Assembly: GCA_044360105.1 (NCBI GenBank)
Contig: JBIKKY010000027.1
Coordinates: forward strand, 1 to 32,000
Reading direction: 5' to 3'
DNA length: 32,000 nucleotides
From: Sulfuritalea sp.
GTDB taxonomy: Bacteria > Pseudomonadota > Gammaproteobacteria > Burkholderiales > Rhodocyclaceae
The notes beneath the pieces are model-generated. The model was not told the DNA's origin and made no database searches. It saw only the letters and a program-made list of their open reading frames with translations. The position numbers and the translations under genes are program-made. The first letter of the stretch is position 1; each line of letters starts with the position of its first letter. This document shows positions 24,832 to 32,000 of this stretch, in pieces.

Positions 24832-25796
24832 CCGCGCCCAGGGCCTTGAATGTCGCACTGCATCCGGCGGACAACGCGCGGCTGCAAAACCTCTGCGGCG
24901 CGCTGGACGAGAACCTGCGCCAGATCGAAGCCGCCTTCGATGTCACCATCAGCCGCCGCGGCCAGCAGTGCCGGATCAGCGGCGAACTGGCGCAGTCGCG
25001 GCTGGCCGCCACGGCCCTGCAGCTTTTCTACGAGCAGGCGGGCGGCCCGCTGTCGATCGACGACGTGCAGCTCGGCCTGATCGAGATCGCCCGCAACCGC
25101 AATGCGCGCGCGCCAGCGCCGCCGGGGGCGGGCCTGATCACGCGCAAAACCGACCTCCACGGCCGCACGCCGAACCAGGTCCGTTACCTGCGCGACATCC
25201 AGGAACACGACATCACCTTCGGCATCGGCCCGGCCGGTACCGGCAAGACCTACCTCGCGGTGGCCTCGGCCATCGACGCCTTCGAGCGCGACCAGGTCAG
25301 CCGCATCGTGCTGACCCGGCCGGCGGTCGAGGCCGGCGAGCGGCTGGGCTTTCTGCCCGGCGACCTGGCGCAGAAGATCGACCCCTACCTGCGCCCGCTC
25401 TATGACGCGCTCTACGACCTGATGGGCTTCGAAAAAGTCTCCAAGCTGTTCGAGAAGCAGAGCATCGAAATCGCGCCGCTGGCCTACATGCGCGGCCGCA
25501 CCCTGAACCACGCCTTCATCATCCTCGACGAGGCGCAGAACACCACGCCGGAGCAGATGAAAATGTTCCTCACGCGCATCGGCATCGGCGCCCGGGCCGT
25601 GGTCACCGGCGACGTGACGCAGATCGACCTGCCGCGCGGGCAGAAGTCCGGCCTGGTCGAGGCGCGCCGCATCCTCGCCGATGTGCGCGGCCTGGCCTTC
25701 ACCGACTTCGACGCCTCCGACGTGGTGCGCCACCCGCTGGTGGCGCGCATCGTCGATGCCTACCAGAAGCATGACGCCGCGCGCCCGCCTGCCTGA
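24828..25796 (+). CDS. phoH: PhoH-family ATPase (YbeZ-like)
   Basis: Walker [13 protein letters not shown] and [11 protein letters not shown]. Its start overlaps the miaB stop (ATGA). Confidence 0.93.
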   Translation: MTAPRALNVALHPADNARLQNLCGALDENLRQIEAAFDVTISRRGQQCRISGELAQSRLAATALQLFYEQAGGPLSIDDVQLGLIEIARNRNARAPAPPGAGLITRKTDLHGRTPNQVRYLRDIQEHDITFGIGPAGTGKTYLAVASAIDAFERDQVSRIVLTRPAVEAGERLGFLPGDLAQKIDPYLRPLYDALYDLMGFEKVSKLFEKQSIEIAPLAYMRGRTLNHAFIILDEAQNTTPEQMKMFLTRIGIGARAVVTGDVTQIDLPRGQKSGLVEARRILADVRGLAFTDFDASDVVRHPLVARIVDAYQKHDAARPPA

Positions 25797-26223
25797 ACTG
25801 CGGCTCTCGGTGCAGTATCCCGGCGGCAAGGACAAGGCGCCGACCCGGCCGCAGGTGCGGCGCTGGGTGCGCGCCGCCTGCGCCATTCCGGCCGAAGTGA
25901 CGGTGCGTTTCGTCGACGGGGACGAGGGCCGCAGCCTCAATCGCGATTACCGGGGCAAGGACTACGCCACCAATGTGCTGTCCTTCCCCTACGCATCGGG
26001 CGAGAATATTTGCGGCGATCTGGTGTTTTGCCAGCCCGTCGTCGAACGCGAGGCAAAGGAGCAGGGCAAGTCTCTGGAAGCCCACAGCGCGCACCTGATC
26101 GTGCATGGTATGCTGCATTTACAGGGCCATGACCACGAGACCGGCCGCGCCGACGCCGAACGCATGGAAGCGCTCGAGCGGGAAATACTGGCCAATCTCG
26201 GTTACCCCGATCCTTACGCGTAA
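25771..26223 (+). CDS. ybeY: rRNA maturation endoribonuclease YbeY
   Basis: [12 protein letters not shown] zinc motif. The start at ATG 25771 overlaps the phoH end. Confidence 0.9.
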   Translation: MTPRARLPELRLSVQYPGGKDKAPTRPQVRRWVRAACAIPAEVTVRFVDGDEGRSLNRDYRGKDYATNVLSFPYASGENICGDLVFCQPVVEREAKEQGKSLEAHSAHLIVHGMLHLQGHDHETGRADAERMEALEREILANLGYPDPYA

Positions 26224-26227
26224 ACTA

Positions 26228-27082
26228 ATGGACCCATCCAGTAGACCCGGCATCATCGAACGTCTCACCGCGCTGCTGCTGCGCGAACCCGAAGACCGCG
26301 AACAACTCCTCGAACTGCTGCATGGCGCCTTCGAGCGCCACCTGATGGACGCCGATGCGCTGTCCATCATCGAAGGCGCGCTTTCCGTCGCCGACATGGC
26401 AGTACGCGACATCATGGTGCCGCGTGCGCAAATGGACGTGATCGACATCAACGACAGTCCGGAACAGATCGTCGAGACCATGCTCGACACCGCCCACTCG
26501 CGCTTTCCCGCCATCGGCGAAAGCAAGGACGACGTGCTCGGCATTCTGCTGGCGAAGGACCTGCTGCGCTATTTCGCCGGCAAGGAATTCGACCTGCGCG
26601 ACACCCTCCGCCCGGCGATATTCATCCCCGAGTCGAAGCGCTTGAACGTGCTGCTGCGCGAATTCCGCGCATCGCGCAACCACATGGCCATCGTCGTCGA
26701 CGAATACGGCGGCGTCGCCGGCCTGGTCACCATCGAAGACGTGCTGGAACAGATTGTCGGCGACATCGAGGACGAATACGACTTCGACGAAACCGCGGAC
26801 AACATCGTCACCGACAATACCGGACGCTATCGCGTCAAGGCCCTGACCGAAATCGCCGATTTCAACGCGGCTTTCGCCACGCAATTTTCCGACGAACATT
26901 TCGACACCGTCGGCGGCCTGGTCATCCATCACCTCGGGCGCCTGCCCAAGCGCAACGAAGTCGTCATCATCGATGGCCTGCGCATGCAGGTGCTGCGCGC
27001 CGACAGCCGCCGCGTGCATACCCTGCTGGTCGATCCGCAGAAGGATCTGCCGCTGTCACCCCCTCCTGCCGCCGACCAATGA
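26228..27082 (+). CDS. corC: CBS-pair / CorC_HlyC domain protein (magnesium/cobalt efflux-associated CorC)
   Basis: ADMAVRDIMVPRAQM (start of the CBS pair), NHMAIVVDEYGGVAGLVTIEDVLEQIVGDIEDE, and the C-terminal transporter-associated domain. Confidence 0.9.
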   Translation: MDPSSRPGIIERLTALLLREPEDREQLLELLHGAFERHLMDADALSIIEGALSVADMAVRDIMVPRAQMDVIDINDSPEQIVETMLDTAHSRFPAIGESKDDVLGILLAKDLLRYFAGKEFDLRDTLRPAIFIPESKRLNVLLREFRASRNHMAIVVDEYGGVAGLVTIEDVLEQIVGDIEDEYDFDETADNIVTDNTGRYRVKALTEIADFNAAFATQFSDEHFDTVGGLVIHHLGRLPKRNEVVIIDGLRMQVLRADSRRVHTLLVDPQKDLPLSPPPAADQ

Positions 27083-28587
27083 CGGAACCGGGTACGCAGC
27101 GCCGGCCGGCAGTTTCCCTGCGTGCCGCAGCGGCTGCGTTTGCGCTGGGCGCCTTCTGCGTCCTCGGTTTCGCCCCCTTCGATGCGTATTTCGCCGTATG
27201 GCCAGCGCCGACTTTTTCATTGGGCGGCCTGTTCCTGCTCTGGCGTCGCGCCGCGACCGCGCGCGAAGCCGCGCTGCTCGGCCTGGCCTGGGGGGCCGGC
27301 TGTTTTCTGTTCGGCGTGTCCTGGATCTATGTCAGCCTTTCGCAATTCGGCGGCATGGCGGCGCCCGCCGCCGCTGCGGCGACGCTGCTGTTCTGTCTCT
27401 ACCTCGCCCTGTTTCCCGCGCTGGCCGGCGGCTTGTTCCTGCGCTGGCGCAGAAACACGGCGCGCGACGTCTGGCTCTTCGCCGGCCTGTGGACCCTGAC
27501 CGAATGGCTGCGCGGCACGCTGTTCACCGGCTTCCCCTGGCTGGCCGTCGGCTATTCGCAAAGCCCGCCCAGCCCGCTGGCCGGCTGGGCGTCGGTGCTC
27601 GGCGTATATGGCGTCGGCTTCATCGTCGCCCTGATCGGCGCGCTGCTTGGGCAGATGCTCGGTGAATTGCGCGGCAGCGGCTGGCGCAAGCCGCGGGCCT
27701 GGATCTCGATACTCCTGCTGCTCGGCCTCGGCGGCATGCTGCGGCTGATGGACTGGACGCAGGCTCACGGCGCCCCGGTCACCGTGAGCCTGCTGCAGGG
27801 CAACGTGCCGCAAGGCCTGAAGTGGGACCCGCAGCATCTGCCGCGGTCGGTGGAAACCTACCTGAAACTGGCCCGCGCCCACCCGGCAACGCTGACCGTC
27901 CTGCCGGAGACGGCCATTCCGCTTTACTTCAGCGAAGTCCCGCGCGAGGTGCTGCGCGGCCTGACCGGCCACGGCGACGCCCTGATCGGGGTCGCCATCG
28001 GCACTACCGACGGCGGCTACGCCAACGGCGCCGTCGCCCTGACGCCGCAACTCGTTGCCAGCGCCTACGCCAAACGCCACCTGGTGCCCTTCGGCGAATA
28101 CCCGCCGCCGGGCTTTGCCTGGTTCTTCAACTTCGCCCGCATCCCGATGTCGGATTTCACCGCCGGTCCGCCGCACCAGGAAGCACTGGCCGTGGCCGGA
28201 CAGCGCATCGCGCCCAACATCTGCTACGAGGACCTGTTCGGCGAGGAACTGCTCGGCGCCCTGCCGGAAGCGACCTTGCTGGTAAACCTGTCGAATACGG
28301 CCTGGTTCGGCGATTCGCTGGCGCAGCCGCAGCATTTGCAGATCGCCCAGTTGCGCGCCATCGAAACCGGCCGCGTCATGCTGCGCGCGACCAATACCGG
28401 GATGACGGCCATGGTGGCGGCCAACGGCACCATCGCGGCGGCCCTGCCGCCTTTCGTCAATGATGCGCTGGTGGTAGAGGCCCAGGGCCGCACGGGCCTG
28501 ACACCCTATGCCCGCTGGGGCAACCTGCTGGCGCTGCTGATCGCCGTCGGCGCCTGCCTGACGGCGCTACGAAGAAGAAAAGCCTAA
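27079..28587 (+). CDS. lnt: Apolipoprotein N-acyltransferase
   Basis: Multi-TM N-terminal half plus a CN-hydrolase domain (ICYEDLF, NLSNTAWFG). Its start overlaps the corC stop (ATGA). Confidence 0.93.
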   Translation: MTEPGTQRRPAVSLRAAAAAFALGAFCVLGFAPFDAYFAVWPAPTFSLGGLFLLWRRAATAREAALLGLAWGAGCFLFGVSWIYVSLSQFGGMAAPAAAAATLLFCLYLALFPALAGGLFLRWRRNTARDVWLFAGLWTLTEWLRGTLFTGFPWLAVGYSQSPPSPLAGWASVLGVYGVGFIVALIGALLGQMLGELRGSGWRKPRAWISILLLLGLGGMLRLMDWTQAHGAPVTVSLLQGNVPQGLKWDPQHLPRSVETYLKLARAHPATLTVLPETAIPLYFSEVPREVLRGLTGHGDALIGVAIGTTDGGYANGAVALTPQLVASAYAKRHLVPFGEYPPPGFAWFFNFARIPMSDFTAGPPHQEALAVAGQRIAPNICYEDLFGEELLGALPEATLLVNLSNTAWFGDSLAQPQHLQIAQLRAIETGRVMLRATNTGMTAMVAANGTIAAALPPFVNDALVVEAQGRTGLTPYARWGNLLALLIAVGACLTALRRRKA

Positions 28588-28640
28588 CGGGCATGACTTT
28601 GAGCCGCCCTGAAATATGAAAGCCATGCCCGTTTTCCCTC
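28586..28640 (+). terminator. Possible lnt terminator (10-bp stem, large loop, T-run)
   Basis: AACGGGCATG (28586-28595) pairs with CATGCCCGTT (28624-28633) and is followed by TTT. The 28-nt loop makes this atypical. Confidence 0.4.
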
Positions 28641-28675
28641 TCCCCCAACCCCTCTCCCGCAAGGGGCGAGGGGAG
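28636..28675. repeat. GC-rich C-tract/G-tract hairpin element E3
   Basis: CCCTCTCCCCCAA then CCCCTCTCCC-GCAA-GGGGCGAGGGG. Same architecture as E1. Confidence 0.7.
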
Positions 28676-28704
28676 CGTCGAGAGTCGCTGACGCGACTTT
28701 TACG

Positions 28705-29019
28705 TTAAAGCTTGTAGGCGACGAGGTCGATGGTCAGCGTCGGCCGGCCCATGGCCCGCAGCGCCGCACACAGGAAGCGGCGCACATCGGCGGTCGCCGG
28801 GTGGTAATCGGCGGGTTTGAAATTCATGGCCAGCAGCAGTATCTGGTCTACCAGCAACATCTTGCCCATCGGGTTCGGCGTTTCGAGTCCCGCCGCAAGG
28901 AAGGCATCGGCGATCCAGTGGCGCGCCGCGGTCGGCTCGAAGGCGGCAAGTTCATCCGCCCCCAGCGGAAAATCGTAACGCTCGCCGTTTTTCAACACCA
29001 CGCTGACTTCATGATCCAC
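28705..29019 (-). CDS. Small hypothetical protein of 104 aa
   Basis: GTG at 29019 preceded by AAAGGAGCGGTACC. The product is [41 protein letters not shown].... No family recognised. The longer ORF reaching 29187 lacks an RBS. Confidence 0.55.
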   Translation of the reverse strand: MDHEVSVVLKNGERYDFPLGADELAAFEPTAARHWIADAFLAAGLETPNPMGKMLLVDQILLLAMNFKPADYHPATADVRRFLCAALRAMGRPTLTIDLVAYKL

Positions 29020-29173
29020 GGTACCGCTCCTTTGGCTTTGGTTGCACTGTGCGGATGATACCGGAAGCCGCACCAATCTTCGCTGCGTGTTCGATCCGCC
29101 GCTGGCGCGGCGTCCAAGTCCATCACGGAAACCCTGTAAAATCCGTGCCTTCGCGATTCGACGGGGCTTCCCG

Positions 29174-30115
29174 ATGAGCACTACCAAACCTACGTTCCAG
29201 GAAATTATCCTGCGCCTGCAGGCGTTCTGGAACGACCAAGGCTGTGCCCTGCTGCAGCCCTATGACATGGAAGTCGGCGCCGGCACCAGCCACACCGCGA
29301 CCTTCCTCCGCGCCCTCGGCCCCGAACCGTGGAAGGCCGGCTACGTGCAGCCCTCGCGCCGCCCCAAGGACGGCCGTTATGGCGAGAATCCCAACCGCAT
29401 GCAGCACTACTACCAGTACCAGGTGGTGTTGAAGCCTGCGCCGGAAAACATCCTCGAGCTCTACCTCGCCTCGCTGGAAGCGCTGGGCTTCGACCTCAAG
29501 CAGAACGACGTGCGCTTCGTCGAGGACGACTGGGAGAATCCGACGCTGGGCGCCTGGGGCCTCGGTTGGGAAGTCTGGCTCAACGGCATGGAAGTCACCC
29601 AGTTCACCTACTTCCAGCAGGTCGGCGGCATCGACTGCAAGCCGATCACCGGCGAGATCACCTACGGCCTCGAGCGCCTGGCGATGTACCTGCAGGGCGT
29701 CGAGAACGTCTTCGACCTGGTCTACGCGCCGGGCCTGAAATACGGCGACGTCTTCCACCAGAACGAGGTGGAGCAGAGCGCCTACAACTTCGAGCACAGC
29801 AACGTCGAGTTCCTGCTCACCGCCTTCGGCGCCCACGAGGGCAACGCCAGGCACCTGATGGAGCAGAAGCTGGCGCTGCCCGCCTATGAACAGGTGCTGA
29901 AGGCGGCGCACACCTTCAACCTGCTCGACGCGCGCGGCGCAATCTCGGTCACCGAGCGCGCCGCCTACATCGGCCGCATCCGCAACCTGGCGCGCAGCGT
30001 GGCGCAGAGCTACCTCGACAGCCGCGCCCGGCTGGGCTTCCCGATGGCGCCGAAAGCCTGGGCCGACGAAGTGATGGCGAAACTGAACGAACAAGCGGCG
30101 AAGAAGGCGGCCTGA
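29174..30115 (+). CDS. glyQ: Glycine--tRNA ligase alpha subunit
   Basis: [53 protein letters not shown]... is highly characteristic of GlyQ. Confidence 0.97.
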   Translation: MSTTKPTFQEIILRLQAFWNDQGCALLQPYDMEVGAGTSHTATFLRALGPEPWKAGYVQPSRRPKDGRYGENPNRMQHYYQYQVVLKPAPENILELYLASLEALGFDLKQNDVRFVEDDWENPTLGAWGLGWEVWLNGMEVTQFTYFQQVGGIDCKPITGEITYGLERLAMYLQGVENVFDLVYAPGLKYGDVFHQNEVEQSAYNFEHSNVEFLLTAFGAHEGNARHLMEQKLALPAYEQVLKAAHTFNLLDARGAISVTERAAYIGRIRNLARSVAQSYLDSRARLGFPMAPKAWADEVMAKLNEQAAKKAA

Positions 30116-30117
30116 AC

Positions 30118-32000
30118 ATGAGCACGAAGAATCTTCTGGTCGAACTCTTTGTCGAGGAACTGCCGCCCAAGGCGCTGAAGAAGCTTGGCGAATCCTTCGC
30201 CGCAACACTCGCGGCCAGCCTCAAGGCTGGCGGCCTCGCCGGCGACGGCGCTGTCGTCACCTCATTCGCCTCGCCACGCAGACTCGCCGCGCATGTCACC
30301 GCGGTCGCCGAAAAAGCCGCCGACAAACAGGTGCAGCAGAAGCTGATGCCGGTCGCCGTGGCGCTCGACGCCGCCGGCCAGCCGACGCCCGCCCTGCTGA
30401 AGAAGCTTGCCGCGCTGGGCGCGGATGCCTCGGTGGTGCCGACGCTCAAGCGCCAGCCCGACGGCAAGGCCGAGGCCCTGTTCCTCGACAGCCTGGTAGG
30501 CGGCGCCACGCTGGCCGAAGGCCTGCAGGCGGCGCTGGAAGCCGCGCTGGCCGCGCTGCCCATCCCCAAGGTGATGACCTACCAATTGGCCGACGGCTGG
30601 AGCAGCGTGAACTTCGTGCGCCCTGCGCACAGGCTCCTCGCCCTGCATGGCAGCGATGTCGTGCCGATCACCATACTGGGACTCAGCGCCGGCCGCGAGA
30701 CCCAGGGCCATCGCTTCGAAGCCGCCAAGCCGATCGTCGCGATCAGGGATGCCGACAGCTACGCTCAGCAGCTGGAAAGCGAAGGCGCGGTGATCGCCGG
30801 CTTCGCCGCGCGTCGCGCCGAGATCGAAAAGCAGTTGCAGGCCTCCGCCGCGAAAGAAGGCCTGCAGCCCATCGATGACGATGCCCTGCTCGACGAGGTG
30901 ACCGGGCTGGTGGAACGGCCTAACGTGCTGACCTGCCAGTTCGAGCCGGAATTCCTCGGCGTGCCGCAGGAATGCCTGATCCTGACCATGAAGGCCAACC
31001 AGAAGTATTTCCCGCTGCTCAAGGACGGCAGGCTGACCAACAAGTTCCTCGTCGTCAGCAACATCCGCCCCGCCGACCCCTCGGCAGTGATCGGCGGCAA
31101 CGAGCGCGTGGTGCGCCCGCGCCTGGCCGACGCCAAGTTCTTCTTCGACCAGGACCGCAAGAAGTCGCTGATGGACCGCATCCCGGGTCTCGCCAAGGTG
31201 GTCTATCACAACAAGCTGGGCACCCAGGGCGAGCGCGTCGAGCGCGTCGCCGCGTTGGCCCGCGCCATCGGCCACAAGCTTGGCGGTGAGGCTCTCGCCA
31301 ACCAGGCCGATCGCGCCGCCGTGTTGGCCAAAGCCGACCTGCTGACCGACATGGTCGGCGAGTTTCCCGAGCTGCAGGGCATCATGGGCCGCTACTACGC
31401 GCTGCACGACGGCGAGCCGGCCGAGGTTGCCGACGCCATCGAGGACCACTACAAGCCGCGCTTCGCCGGCGACGAGCTGCCGCGCGGTGATGTCGGCCTG
31501 TGCGTCGCGCTGGCGGACAAGCTGCAGACGCTGGCCGACATGTTCGGCATCGGCCAGCTGCCGACCGGCGACAAGGACCCCTTCGCCCTGCGCCGCCATG
31601 CCCTGGGCATGATCCGCATGCTGATCGAGCGCGACCTGGCGCTGGACCTGGTTTCGCTCTTCGACGCCGCCAGGATCACCGAGCCGAAGGTCGCGGAACA
31701 ACTGTCCGAATTCATCTACGAGCGCCTCGCCGGCAGCCTGCGCGAGCAGGGCTACTCGGCGCTGGAAGTCGAGGCCGTGGTGGGCCTGCGCCCGCAACGT
31801 CTCGGCGACATCCCCAGGCGCCTGGCCGCCGTGCGCGCCTTCGCCGCACTGCCCGAAGCCGCGAGCCTCGCCGCCGCCAACAAGCGCGTCGGCAACATCC
31901 TCAAGAAGGTTGACGGAGCGGTGGCCGCAAAGGTCGATGCCGCGCTGCTCAAGGAAAGCGCCGAAGTCGCGCTCAATGCGGCGCTGGGCCAGGTGAAGCC
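30118..32000 (+). CDS. glyS: Glycine--tRNA ligase beta subunit (3' end beyond the window)
   Basis: My translation from the ATG at 30118 is MSTKNLLVELFVEELPPKAL...MKANQKYFPL...FPELQGIMGRYYA.... The frame stays open to 32000. It is not in the ORF track because no stop is reached. Confidence 0.93.
   Translation, partial: MSTKNLLVELFVEELPPKALKKLGESFAATLAASLKAGGLAGDGAVVTSFASPRRLAAHVTAVAEKAADKQVQQKLMPVAVALDAAGQPTPALLKKLAALGADASVVPTLKRQPDGKAEALFLDSLVGGATLAEGLQAALEAALAALPIPKVMTYQLADGWSSVNFVRPAHRLLALHGSDVVPITILGLSAGRETQGHRFEAAKPIVAIRDADSYAQQLESEGAVIAGFAARRAEIEKQLQASAAKEGLQPIDDDALLDEVTGLVERPNVLTCQFEPEFLGVPQECLILTMKANQKYFPLLKDGRLTNKFLVVSNIRPADPSAVIGGNERVVRPRLADAKFFFDQDRKKSLMDRIPGLAKVVYHNKLGTQGERVERVAALARAIGHKLGGEALANQADRAAVLAKADLLTDMVGEFPELQGIMGRYYALHDGEPAEVADAIEDHYKPRFAGDELPRGDVGLCVALADKLQTLADMFGIGQLPTGDKDPFALRRHALGMIRMLIERDLALDLVSLFDAARITEPKVAEQLSEFIYERLAGSLREQGYSALEVEAVVGLRPQRLGDIPRRLAAVRAFAALPEAASLAAANKRVGNILKKVDGAVAAKVDAALLKESAEVALNAALGQVK

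Noticed and set aside
13976-31797. Many long ORFs opposite or overlapping the housekeeping genes (e.g. 13976..14881, 14973..16415, 19263..20120, 21381..22535, 21569..22549, 22372..23571, 23923..24807, 24489..25940, 26225..27019, 27217..28335, 29123..30208, 30262..31797)
   Set aside because: These are typical stop-poor shadow frames of high-GC DNA. Their products are Arg/Ala/Gly/Pro-rich with no motifs, and each fully overlaps a gene with unmistakable conserved signatures.

Overview
This looks like a betaproteobacterial chromosome segment, judged only from gene content and the high GC of the core; no search was run. It splits into two parts.

(1) Positions 1 to about 13,680 are accessory DNA:
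- Four type II/IV-style toxin-antitoxin pairs: ParE-like/RHH, RHH/MazF, XRE/AbiEii-like and Phd/RelE.
- An array of seven 22-bp iteron-like direct repeats.
- Two paralogous general porin genes with nearly identical 5' and 3' ends.
- Between the porins, a visibly more AT-rich islet (about 2.2-9.5 kb). It encodes two tyrosine recombinases, one FimB/FimE-sized and one fused to a DUF4160-like C-terminal domain. It also carries a two-gene operon with a short clamp-loader (RFC/gp44)-like AAA+ ATPase, several unassignable proteins, and an islet-restricted 17-bp perfect palindrome (TGTCGGTTTAACCGACA) at gene boundaries.

(2) Positions 13,688 to 32,000 are conserved housekeeping genes: tyrS, an M23 peptidase, anmK, erpA, a bactofilin with a coiled-coil partner, argC, rpsI-rplM, YeeE/YedE, queC, miaB-phoH-ybeY-corC-lnt, and glyQ-glyS.

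The strongest candidate for an undescribed system is the islet, especially the AAA+/285-aa operon together with the palindrome network and the unusual recombinases. Its function cannot be established from sequence alone. In the core, miaB carries an in-frame 105-nt GC-rich hairpin insertion that resembles two intergenic elements in the window.
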